Origin: Felis catus
Lineage: Eukaryota
Assembly: GCF_018350175.1 (NCBI RefSeq)
Contig: NC_058368.1
Coordinates: 178,748,001 to 178,812,000, forward strand
Length of the DNA: 64,000 bases
Direction: 5' to 3'
The notes under the pieces are model-generated. The model was not told where the DNA came from. It was given only the letters and a program-made list of their open reading frames with translations, and made no database searches. Below are positions 51,898-64,000 of this stretch, in pieces; the stretch's first letter is position 1; each line of letters starts with the position of its first letter. The position numbers and the translations under genes are program-made.

Positions 51898-53725
51898 CTA
51901 GAGGGAAAGGCGGTACATGGTGAGACACAGGCTGGTCCCTGGCTGCAGCCTGGGACCTGGACCATATGAAGGTGGCTGAAGGCAAATCAGCCTGCTCAGA
52001 ACTCGTGGAGGGCACTAGCGTCTCTGAGACCTTCACACAGGGTCACCAGCCCTGGGACGTAGGGTATCTGGGGTTACGCTGGGGTTGCTCTGGGAGGGAA
52101 GAAAGACCTCAAACTGCCCTTGCCCCTAACAGGGTTGGAACCCCATTAGAGGCTGTATGTTTAGGCATGTCTCCCCCTTATGAATCTACTAAGGGGCAGA
52201 GTGTGGGGCCAGCAGGGAGGAAGCTCTGAGGCTCTGATGTAAAACCTTGCCCAGGAAGCTCTGGGCAATGGAAAAGGGAAATATGAGCGTCAGAAGCTGG
52301 AAGATAGAAGATAAGGAGAGCTGAAAGGAAGAGGAGTGACACAGCCTCATCTTAGAACACGGAGGTCCCATTATAGCTACGTGGCTGCTGAAGAAAGATT
52401 CGGAAGTGCTGATGTCCTAAGGTACCAGCCAATAGGGAATTTTTAAAAAGTGATGCAAAATCCTGGGGAAGATGGGGGAGGACGAGGTGGCAGATGTGAG
52501 GGAGTTAAACTCATTCATCAACAAAAGAGGTCAATGGGATGCTGTCTAAATGGCAGTTAGAAGGAGGAGTAGCTGAGCCATGGTGGCCACTACTAGAAGA
52601 AACAGCTGGGAAAGTTAGCAGTGTGGTCCTGGGAGACATAACTAAGGCTGCAAAGACGTGGAATATAGATTATTTTGAAGAAAAGCAATTAACATTTCCA
52701 TGATCCAAGGAGTTGAAAATCATTCCTACTTCCCAGGCGCGTTGTGGGGATTAAACAACGAGTAGGTGTCCATGATGGCGACATAAAGACATTCTGCCTC
52801 CTTCTCCGGGAGGCACCCTTGAAAGGACAAGATGAAGGAGTTACTGGAATCTGATCTGACCTACAACATGGCCAGTGGATGGAGGATGGCAGCTCGCCTT
52901 CCAGAGCAGTGGAGGGAGAGTGACAACAAGAGGCCAACCTGCCTCTAGAAACCCAGGAGAAGCTTAGGCATCGGAGGCACCAGGTACCCCGGAAAAGTTA
53001 GGGTGACTCGAGGAGCCGAACACAGAGGGATAGATTGAGATTCTGTGACAGCAGCAGTCAGGTCTCCAGGTCCTCACCACTTCACCCTGTAGCCAAGTGC
53101 CGTTTTCTCATTTCCCCAAGAAGAAGGGGCTTTTCCTTCAGAACGATTAGGACAAGGAGTGCTGGGCTCAAGGGTACCAGGCACAACAGAAGTCAGGGAT
53201 GACGAGCCAGACTGAAAGCAGGGGGTGGAAGGGAAGTCGGCACGCTGGTAGTCAGACCTTTACTCCAACTCACAAACTCCAGCAGCATAGTCGCCAGGAT
53301 GATCTCTCCTATGTTTGAGAGAGTTCTCCCTGGAGAAAGTGAATGGCCCGTTATACAGACATTTGTGGACTGCTCAGTTACTATAGAATGATGCCATCCA
53401 GTTGACAAAGGCATCATCCATGTACCCAAGGCTTCACTTAGCTCTTTAGTGCTGCGGTCCCAACTATGAAGATCACCAGACATTGAAGGAAACTCTCTAA
53501 TATGAAAGACCGAGATCCGAACCAACAGACAGGAAAGAAAACAAAAAGGAAGGAATGAAAAAAAGGAGGGGAGGAAGGGAGGAAGAAATGAACGAACTTG
53601 AAGAAAACAGGGAGGGTGAAGAGGGCCTAAGAAACATTATTTTACAAAGTTTACTAAGTATGTAGAAACAGAAGAGATCCTCCATCCATGAAATAAGAAA
53701 TATTTTGTTAAGAAAAGAAGAATGA

Positions 53726-53951
53726 GGGGTGCCTGGGTGGCGCAGTCGGTTAAGCGTCCGACTTCAGCCAGGTCACGATCTCGCGGTCTGGGAGGTCGAG
53801 CCCTGTGTCAGGCTCTGGGCTGATGGCTCAGAGCCTGGAGCCTGTTTCCGATTCTGTGTCTCCCTCTCTCTCTGCCCCTCCCCCGTTCATGCTCTGTCTC
53901 TCTCTGTCCCAAAAATAAATAAACGTTGAAAAAAAAAATTAAAAAAAAAAA
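53726..53951 (+). mobile_element. Young SINEC_Fc-type SINE
   Basis: GGGGTGCCTGGGTGGCGCAGTCGGTTAAGCGTCCGACTTCAGCCAGGTCACGATC head; flanked by aagaatga on both sides. Confidence 0.95.
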
Positions 53952-54845
53952 GAATGATAATAGAAATACCACATATAAAAACTAATAATATATAAAAATG
54001 AAGGTAAATTTATAGCTTTAGTTTTACCTATTAAGAAGGACAACAAAATCAATGATCTAGGCATCCATCCCAAAATATTAGTAAAAGAACAGCAAATTAA
54101 ACCCAACAAGAGTAGAAGGAAACACATTAATAAAAGTGAGAGTAGGCCTGAATGACAAAGGAAACAAACTTACAGCAGAGAGAACTGACGAAGCCAAAGC
54201 TGGTTCTTCGGAAAACTGTTTCTTGGTATCCAGGAAGGCGAAAGATGCCTGACCTGGAAATTCTAGTACCAGATATATGCTGAGGGAAGTGAGTACTTAT
54301 GTGCACCAAAAGACACGAACTAGAATGTTCTTTGCAACTTTATTCATACTACACAAAACTGGAAAGCAACCCAAATGTCCACCAACAAGAGAATGGATAA
54401 ATAAATTGGCATATTATTCACTATGTTGTATATTCATTCAGTGGATGAGGGAAACAAAAACCACAAACTTCTGATATTTGTAACAACCTGGATGAACGTC
54501 AAAGGTGCTGTGTTGAGCAAAAGAAGCCAGACTCACAGTAGTACATACTGTGCAATACCATTTATATAAAGTTCAAGAACAGGCAAAACCAACCTATGCT
54601 GATAGAAGCTTGGCTGCATTTGCCAGAGCTACATATTCTCATATACTATAAGCGACTCAATGCCTAGGCACACACCCAACAGAATTTATGCATATGTGTG
54701 CCCAAAAGACACATATAAAGATGCTCATTCCTTGTAATAGCCCCAAATTACAATCAACCTAAATCTCCATCAGTTGAAAAATAAATACATTTTGATATAG
54801 TTACATCATCCAGCTGTACAGACTATTACACATCAGTGAAAATGA

Positions 54846-55022
54846 GGGGTGTCTGGGTGGCTCAGTCAGTTGAGTGTCCGACTCTTGATTTCAGTTCAGG
54901 TCGTGATTCCAGGGTCATGGGATTGGCCCCATGTCGGGCTCCATGCTGAGCACGGAGCCTGCTTGGGATTCTCTCTCTCTCCCTCTGCCCCTCTCCCCTG
55001 CTTGCACTCTCTATCTCTAAAA

Positions 55023-55061
<39 letters not shown>

Positions 55062-55298
55062 GGGGTGCCTGCGTGGCTCAGTCAGTTAAGCATCCGACTT
55101 TGGCTCAGGTCATGATCCCATGGTTTGTGGGTTCGAGCCCCGCGTCGGGCTCTGTGCTGACAGCTCAGAGCCTGGAGCCTGATTTGGATTCTGTGTCTCC
55201 CCCTCTCTCTGCCCCTCTCCTGCTTAGGCTCTGTCTTTCTCTGTCTCTCAAAAATAAATATAAAATTTTTTAAATAAATAAGCAAATAAATAAATAAA
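54846..55298 (+). mobile_element. Two tandem Can-SINEs (54846-55061 and 55062-55298)
   Basis: The second head GGGGTGCCTGCGTGGCTCAG directly follows the (TAAA)n tail of the first. Outer flanks tgaaaatga. Confidence 0.93.
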
Positions 55299-55484
55299 TG
55301 AAAATGAATGAATCATAGCTATATACAACAAGATGAATGAATTTTTCAAGCATAACATTTAGCAAATAAGTTAGACCCAAAAGAATGCATACTGTGTGAT
55401 TCCATTTATATTATAGGCCAAAAATCGGCAAAAGTAAACTCTAGTGTTTAGGAATGAGTGCTTGGGTGATGAAAACTATTTTTT

Positions 55485-55521
55485 ATTTTATTATTATTTA
55501 ATAATAATAATAATGTCTTGT

Positions 55522-55560
<39 letters not shown>

Positions 55561-55757
55561 TGTAATGTTTTATTTATTTTTGAGAGAGAGAGCGAGCAAG
55601 TGGGAGCGGGGAAGGGGCAGAGAGAGGTGACAGAGGATTTGAAGAGGGCTCTGTGCCAACAGCAGGAAGCCCGATGCCCGGCTTGAACTCACAAACCATG
55701 AGATCATGACCTAAGGCAAAATCGGATGCTCAGCCAACTGAGCCAGCCAGGCTCCCC
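55485..55757 (-). mobile_element. Can-SINE in sense orientation to DOCK2, with a long (TAAA)n tail
   Basis: TSD gaaaactatttttt at 55471-55484 and 55758-55771. Confidence 0.9.
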
Positions 55758-57483
55758 GAAAACTATTTTTTAAAAAGCAAGGAAATGTTTACTTCAAAAG
55801 CTGGGTAGTGGTCAGCCTTGGGGAAGATTAGCAATGACTACAATCTGGGCTTATAGACACAAGCTGGCTTCTGGGTGCTGGCAGAATTTTATTTCTTCAC
55901 CTGGATGGTGGTCAAATGGATATACATTTGGTGATAAATCACTGTGCTGTATATTTTTGCTATGCATATTTTTATATGTAATATTTCACAAAACATTTAA
56001 AGGACAAATGTACTGTAGACATCTTTCCATGCCAGTAAATATAGAAAAAAGCTTTACAAAGAAGAAAAAATTAAGCAATCAGTCTAGAGACCTGTGAAAT
56101 CTTGAACACAAAAAAAGTACTTGGGAAGCTCTGGCTTTTGTTGTGTTGCTAGACTAGGTACAAGGACACTCCCTTTTGAAATCTACAGTTCTCTGACTTT
56201 GAGGAAAATCCAAAGTGTATCTGGCTTTGTGAAACCAAGATCCAATTTAGAATTAAGCTCTAAGAGGGCAAGGAGCAGGCCTAGATCTGTCCAGCACTAT
56301 TTCTATGGCTGGGCACACAGTAGGATCTCAATAAATATAAGGTACCAGAATGAACACAACAGACAAGGAAGAGCTAATTCGCTGTATGTAGTATTGTTAA
56401 CAAGGCTGCTTTCACCCTGGCAGGGCAACATCTTTGAGTGTAAAGTGCCCAAAGTTAGGGTACCTGGACTCTGGGAGGGAGGGACGTGGCCCCTTGGCAG
56501 TACTGAGTGGGGAGGGGCCTCTGTAACATGGTGGTTCACTGGGGGCGGGGGGAGGGGGGGGTCTGTGCTTTGGAGGAAGTGGCCACTAGGGGGTGCTGTC
56601 TGAAGAGCCCAAGCTAATGCTTTCGAAGTCTGTCTTCGTAGTGTCTGCCCATTAGCTCCAAGACTTTGGTAGAATTGTTTTTAGAAGGCACAGCCTGGAA
56701 CTAGCTGTGCTGTGAGGCTGAGGTTCATGCTTTGGGTGTGGTGGGCACAACATGGAGGATCCATTACCAGGTGATAAGACCTGCCCAGGGAGAGGCCCAG
56801 GGCAGTGTTACGGATTGAGAGTGACACCCAACACCCAACAAATTTGTGTGACATGCTGGCCCTCCCTAGGGCATCCCAGAAATACCTGAGAAAGGGGACT
56901 AATCAAAGCCAGGCCTTCCTGATTCCCGGGTTGGCGGTGTGAGTGGGAGCTACCATTATTTGGGTATTAAAGACCATGATGACCTCAGAAAGCTGGGGAT
57001 CTTGGGTATGTCTGGGTTTCACAGGTGGCACAAGGTAAGAAGGGAGAGAAAATTCCAGACACACAAAATGCATTCAGGAAACTGTGTCTGTGCAGCACTT
57101 GCTGTTTCATTTTTAAAGCCTCTCTTTGCATAAATTGGCAGAGGCAGAGAAGGACCTGAATTAGGAATCCTTATTTTAAGAAAAGAGGCTGCACCCAATG
57201 CTTCTCATTCCCTGATTTCCCTAGAGTAACAAAAACTCCCTACCACAATAGCTTGCTTTTCTTTGCAGGGTGACTGGCAAGAAGGGAGGGAGGGAGGACA
57301 GGCAGCTGCAGACAGCTGCCCCCTGCTCCCCGTGCCTCCCTCCAGCTCCTGCCCTCTGGAGCCCACCTGGTGTTCTGGGTGCTGAGTGCTCCCTGCAGAG
57401 CAGGCTGAAGTGCAAAGAGGGAGAGGCTTGTCCTTTGAAGGCCTCTGGGGGGGGGGGGGGTCTGGTGGACTGTTTCTTCTCTA

Positions 57484-57825
57484 GGGAGTGAGAGCGAGGG
57501 GGAGAGAGAAACAAAGGGAGAGAGGGAGGGAGAGAGAAGGAGGGAGGGAAAACACAGGAGAGGGAGCTGGAGAAAGGCAGGGAGGAGGAGGAAGGGAAGT
57601 GGGGAGAGAAGAGGAAGGGAAGGAGAGAGAGGAGTAAGATGTGAGGGGCAGAGGGAGGCAAAAGACAGAGAGAGGAGGGATAGAAGCCGAAACATCTATG
57701 AGAAAAAGGGACAGATGCGCAGGAAGAAAGAGACAGAAAGAAGGAGATCATGGAGGGAGGGGGCGGGGTGCCAGGAGAGAAGGGATGGAGGGGAGACAAA
57801 GACAAGCGGGCAGAAGGAAGGACAG
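57484..57825 (+). repeat. Low-complexity polypurine (GA-rich) tract
   Basis: About 340 nt of mostly G and A, preceded by a G run at 57446-57460. Confidence 0.85.
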
Positions 57826-58352
57826 GGCCATCCAAGTTTTCTGGCTTGGCTCTGGAGGTGCAGAATGCAGGCTCTTTGACCCAAACCCCACCAGACAGAG
57901 GCCTCAATTATTTTCCAAACCTGGTAATCTATCTGAGCATTATCTGCCACAAACTGGGTCAGCTTTAGCAGGAGGAGAAGTACGTGTGGGGGGCCCAAAT
58001 CTTCTACTATCTGATTGGCATGTGCCAGGTGGGGGGGGTCCTGGCTTTCATTTCAGTCCCACTGGGATAAGCCACCTCCTCTGAATTCAACATCCATTCG
58101 ATAGAGCAGTGTGAGCATCATGCAGCACAGCATCGCTGCCCAGCACCCCAAGGGTGCAGTGCCCCAAATCCCCGTTCCAGGATAAGCCTGCTTGTGTGAG
58201 ATGTAGATTCAGAAGAAGGCTGAAAGTCTAGGGACAGGAGAAGAGGTTAACCTAGGCCACGCCAGCCAGAAGCTAGCAAGCAGAGGGTAAGGGAATCGGA
58301 ACAGGACAGAAAGCAGGCAGGGCGACCTCGCCCCAGTCCAGCTACACTTTAC

Positions 58353-58436
58353 CTGCCATGCAATCAGGTCCTTGAGGCGGCTCAGTTTTTCCTGGTCCTC
58401 AGGGTGATCCCTCGTGTACTCCTCTGTGAAAAAGGC
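58353..58436 (-). CDS. DOCK2: DOCK2 exon (probably 46), 84 nt
   Basis: ccccAG|GCC ... CAG|GTAAAG. Translates [28 protein letters not shown]; phase 0 to 0. Confidence 0.95.
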
Positions 58437-58654
58437 CTGGGGAGGACAGGCAGGAAGTTTGGATTTCCTGTTCATTTGGTGTGGACCCCAAAACCAATGT
58501 CTCTGTTACTGTGAGAGGACTCCATGTGAGGGGGGCAGGCATGAGGTCACACGTATTTGGATGGGACAGGGACCTGTAGGGACTGACACTGTTTCCTCTT
58601 CTTAGAGGCTCAGATCAGAACCCATTGGGCAAGGGCCACAAACCCCAGGGAAGG

Positions 58655-58832
58655 AGTTCTCCAAGTCTCCCTGGAGCGGAAGCATCAGCCTCAGTTGGGA
58701 ATCTGTCAGATGTACAAATTCTTGGGTCTCACCCAGACCTACTGAATCAGAACCTCTAGGTGGGGTGGGTGGGGATGTGGAGGAAGAAGCCCCGTAGGAG
58801 ATTCTGATGCTGCTTCAAGTTTGAGAGCATTG
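58655..58832. mobile_element. MER5A-like element
   Basis: agttctccaagt...agcatcagcctca..tgggaatctgtcagatgtacaaattcttggg..cacccagacctactgaatcagaa...attctgatgc...aagtttgagag. Confidence 0.72.
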
Positions 58833-59552
58833 CCTCAGGGAAGAGAACTCAAAGAGTTATTTCACCCGTGGTGCTCCAGCTGGCCTTACCACCTCCCTTA
58901 CTGTGTGTGCCCTTGCCCACACCCCCACCCCCCAGCTCTTTCTGAGACTTATGTCCTTTGCGTGTGTGCACACACACAGACATACATTATCACCTCTCAA
59001 GGCTAAACAAAGGGTTACTGATGATGACTGATGGGGTATCCCAGGGTGGCCAGAAGAACTGCTTGTGTGACTGCAATTACTGTCCCTGAATTAGACTACT
59101 GCATAGTTTTCTTAGTTTTATATCAGTGGAGGACACAGAAAAGATTAATAGGGAATTCATTATGAGATATATTGGAATGAGGCATTCATTTTCCCATCTG
59201 TGCTATTAATGCCTGTACTAGGTAAAAGCACAATAAGGACTTTTTATTCTACTTTAGTGCTGGGAAAAGCTCTGTCCCTCTCCTGAGAAACTGGTATTTT
59301 CCCCAGTGGAAAATGTGACTCATAGAATTATTGGCATTTCCCTTTTTGCCATGGATACCAGGAGGCTCAAAAATAAAATCGGTGGCTAAAATGTGTAGGC
59401 ATCTCTGGAGGGACCTTATGATCTGGATACCTAGATTATAACTCCCATTTTGGAGTTGATCTCCTCTCTTTTCTCTATTTTCACAGATCCTGGGTTTCAC
59501 TTATTTCCATTTGTTGAGGTCATTTTAATCATCTGTGGGAGAGAGAGATTCA

Positions 59553-60068
<516 letters not shown>

Positions 60069-60655
60069 TCACCAAGAAGAAAGAGCCTTAGCAGGTCGCT
60101 TTAAAAACAGATAGAATTATTGGTATTGATTTCAACCGGGGTTGGAATTCAAATGAAGCAATGCTCCCTGAGGGACTGTAACAGGCTCTTGTTATAATTA
60201 GTGAGCTCTAGGGGCTATCTTCTGTCTGGGGAGAGACAGGCTAACTTTCTGCTTAGTGAGAAAGGCATTTCCCCGGGGAGGTAGAGGCAGGCAGTCTCAA
60301 GCTCCGGCTGGGGTTTCAGAAGCTGGGTATGCTCTCGGGAGAGTTTTCTCTTCTTATTACCTGGGCGAAACACGCTCCAATTCAACCCATCCGGTATTGG
60401 TTGTGCGCCTACTATGTGTGAGCTATTAGCTGTGTGAGCACCTGGTGATGTGATCACCCAGCCTGGCCCATAGTAGGTCCTAAGATTGTTGTATAAAGGG
60501 TCACTGCTCCAAGGCAGGTTCAGTTTAGATGAGAAGATAAAACTAACCCCCTTTCCAACACCTCTTAGAAAGCATATAAACAGAGTGCCATCAAATGGGA
60601 ACTGGCAAAACAGTGCGGTTTTCAAAAGATGGGATCTGGAATACAAAACTAAGCA

Positions 60656-60846
60656 CAGGGGTCTGTACACTTTTTCTGTGAAAGGGTCAGGCAGTGGATA
60701 TTTTAGGCTCTGCTGCAAGGATACAACCCTTCTCTTGCAGGGAGAAAGCAGCTTCAGGCAATATGTAAATGAATGAACCTGGCTGTTTCAATAAAACAGG
60801 TGCAGGTGGGATCCTGCCCACAGGCCATAGTTCGTGGACCCTTGAA
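60656..60846. mobile_element. MER58A-like element
   Basis: caggggtctgtacacttttt.ctgtgaaagggtcag...atattttaggct...gttt.caataaaac...aggccatagtt...gacccttg. Confidence 0.7.
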
Positions 60847-61468
60847 CTAAACAAGGCAAAGCTGAGTATAAATCTCAGCTCTGCCATTTTTTTTCGAGCT
60901 GTGTTACCTTGGGCCAGTTTCTAACCTGTCTGAGCCTTGGTTGACTCCTTGGTAAAATGAGGATAAGAAAACCCGCTTTAGAGAGTAGCTGGTAGCCGTT
61001 GTTATTAAGTCTTGTCGGTGTTAGGACAGAGACCGGCAGTCGTCCTCAGAAGGGAAGACTTGTCAGCAGGGCAGGGTAGAGGCTGGACAAAAGGGCCAAG
61101 GAATTGGAGAAGACTTCTTGGAAGAAGGGACCCTACATTTTATCATCTGTGAGATGAGTCGCTGCCTCACTGGGAAGTAGCAAAGATTGTTTTAGATAAT
61201 ACAACACTTGACTCGTAGCAGAATTCTTTAAAAATGGGCACCTGCTAGTTATAACTACTGTGTATATGAGAAGGGCAGAACCAGCCTCTACAGCCATGTT
61301 CTTGGTCATCCTCTTAAACCATTTCCTTGGATCTGTGAAATCCGAGCCTCTTACCCCCGTGTTTCTGAACCTTTGTGAGGATGACTGCTCTCTGCAGCAA
61401 AAAAGGGTAGATGCCACCTCTGTTTCTTTCTGCCCCCTGCCACATCACATTGGCACAGTCAACATTCA

Positions 61469-61470
<2 letters not shown>

Positions 61471-61506
<36 letters not shown>
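61471..61506. repeat. (CA)18 microsatellite
   Basis: Read directly from the sequence. Confidence 0.95.
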
Positions 61507-61508
<2 letters not shown>

Positions 61509-64000
61509 CTCGTGCGCACACACAAACACACATATGAGGGAAATGAGGTGAAGGCTGCTCGTGTTGGTGGGGGCTGCAGTCCATATGCCACAAGCTGCAC
61601 CCCTGGGTCTCATTTCGGTGCAGCACACAGACCAGCCCCACAAGGGTTTTACAAAGCTGAGGTCTAGACCGAGTTCTAAGGAAAATCTATCAGGACCACT
61701 TGGATTCAGCCCAGCACCACACCTGGATTTCAACAATAGCCTGGCATGTCTGAAACACGCAGGCTTTAAGGTGAGTTATTAAAAATGGAAAGTCCTATTG
61801 ATTGGCTTTTCCCCTCATTTCTGAAGCTATTTTTGAATCCCTAAGTCTTTAGCCTCATTATAACCATCAGGAACAGAGAATGAGAATGAACATTCTTTGG
61901 GTTTCTCACCTACGACTGAATATACAGCTCTCAGCAGAGTTATGGGGTTATGTATTTGGTGGGAGGCCTGGATGTCAGGGGCTGGTAACAGGAATAAAAG
62001 CATTGATCATGATAATGGAGCCGGCTCCATTTACTGATTGCCTCCTATGTGTCAGCCCACACTGGGCTTATAACATTCTCGCACTTTCCTTTTGTTCCCC
62101 CCACAGCAGGTCAGCAGGTCAGGTCACTTGCCCCAGGGCAGATGACTGCAGAGCTGGGAGGAAACAGGGACAGGGGTGTTCCTGATTCCAAAGGTGAGCT
62201 TCTCCCACCACAGACAGCTCACACTCTGCTACCAAACTTGCCTTAAATTCTGTTAGGATTCAGTCGGCCTCTTGGATCACTGGACGCTTTTCTAAGCTAA
62301 GCCTTGGTTTCCTTTTCTGCAGTATAGTGCAGTATAGTTGTGTAACACTTGCCCAACTTGCTGTGAGGGGCAAATAAATTATCAGGGAGAAAATACTTTG
62401 GAAACAGTTTTAAGGGGGAGAAACATCAGCCAAAAGATGAAGTGATGGTAATCCCTTGCAATCAAGTGGCTGAATTCCATATTCTTCAAAGGCGTTTCTC
62501 TCATCTCACCCTCCTAAATCCTCTTAGGAATCCCATGAGCTGCATGAGACAGGCATCATTCACTCCTACCACTGATTACGTTGACACTTCAAGTCCCACT
62601 CTGGACTTCAGTGTTTTTATAAGCAAATAAAGGGACTGGACAAAAACCAGGAATGGCTTTGCACACTGGAGACTGATAGGCCAATCTGGGCCCAGAGAAG
62701 TCTATCATTTAGCCAGTATGTGAGTTCTCATTTTTAAAAAAATTAATTCACCTGGAGGGAGCTTGCCACAGCCTCTGCCACTCCCTGTTGTCTTGATGTC
62801 ACTATTTTACATACTTACATTATCTTCCTGGGTTCTGAAGGCTTTTGATTTTGCAGCTCTTGGACTAAATGACCTCTAAAGTACCTTTCAGTTCTGCAAT
62901 TCCACGGTTTTTTAATCTCTATTTTGCAGGTGATGAAAACTAAAGCCCAGAAATACAGTGTTTGTCCAACATCATATAGCTCGTTAATGCCTGAGTTGAA
63001 TATGGGTCTCTGATCCCCAGATTGGGGTGACTTGTAAAGACTGAATGTTTTCAGGGCCAAGAACAAGTAAAGAACCCTTAATATGCAGAACTGACACTTG
63101 AATCCCATCAGAAAACACGGCTGTATACAAACAGTTCCATAGTGTTGACAATTCATGGAAGAAACAGCCAAGATACAAATTCATAGAAGACAAAACCAAA
63201 TTTTTTGAAAATGAGCTCACTTGGCAGGCATGAAACCTTTATGTCTGAGACATCCTGAAGTTCTCGGTAACCCAACTGAGGGGAGGCTATTAGAGATAAG
63301 TTGATTGCAATAAACTTTTTGGAGGTCTTCCCACCCTTATATCAGAAGGTACCAGTATAAACAAAGCAAAACAAAAGTGCTGGCTCTTTCCTAAATTCAC
63401 AACCCTAAGTTCATAAAATAAATAACCAGCTCAGATACTATGGGGTTCTGCATATTAATTGAGTGACTATTGATGGATTTACTGAACAAATTGTCTTGAG
63501 CACCAACTATGTGCCTGAAACTAATTTTTGCACTCAGAGATGTGGTAGGGAATAAAATAGACAAAAACCTCTCTTCCTGGAGCTTATATTCTAGTAGAGA
63601 TGATATTCTAATATGTTATTATAGTTAAAATTCTAGATATTAAAAATAAACCTATGGGAAAATTATGTAGTCTCTTAGGGGGTGATGGGTGCTTTGAGGA
63701 GAAACACCATAATGGGGGTGGAGGGTGGGTGGGAGGGCAGAGAGCACAGCAGGACCTCCTACGGTTTGCCCATGGCCTAGCAGGTACAGGGAAAAGAGTA
63801 CCCCCAAAGGATAGGTCACAGCCAGGGCCAATGGGTAGAGGCTACATATTAGCAGAAAGTTTCTGATTCCTTACCGCAAAAATGGGATTAGTAATAGTAT
63901 CTATGTCACAGGGTTTTGTGAGGATTAAATGGGATAACGCTTTAAAGCCCTTGATACAGTGCCTGGGACACCTGTCAAACCTTATCATGTACCAATGTGT

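Larger units (their letters stand above)
52780..56000 (+). mobile_element. Patchwork of old L1 fragments (antisense to DOCK2) carrying four SINE insertions
   Basis: ORF 54277-54474 YVHQKTRTRMFFATLFI..K..KQPKCPPTREWINKL is the L1 ORF2 C-terminus. L1 3'UTR motifs (aagaagccagac, tactgtgtgattccatttata) occur twice. Confidence 0.75.

Overview
Mammalian genomic DNA, most likely a felid: about 20 tRNA-derived Can-SINEs, several of the feline SINEC_Fc type. Two protein-coding genes lie on the minus strand. (1) The last eight coding exons of DOCK2 (60053 down to the stop at 45381; 341 aa covering the C-terminal part of the DHR-2 GEF domain and the polybasic tail; AATAAA at 44916-44921). (2) About 17.6 kb further on, the complete two-exon FOXI1 gene (ATG 27232, intron 26655-25176, TAG 24616; 378 aa). 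All junctions I read are GT-AG and in phase. The rest is intronic or intergenic sequence made of SINEs, L1/L2/MIR fragments, MaLR and MER21-like LTRs, hAT-type MER elements, an ERVL pol relic and microsatellites. Repeat family names come from recalled consensus sequences, not a database search. I found no convincing new coding system. The best leads are: a (TG)18 tract replacing the polypyrimidine tract of a frame-critical DOCK2 exon, an in-frame internal FOXI1 acceptor, dense TF-motif clusters upstream of FOXI1, a four-level nested insertion containing an inverted L1 end, a SINE with an apparent 3' transduction, and a young local duplication bracketing a DOCK2 exon.
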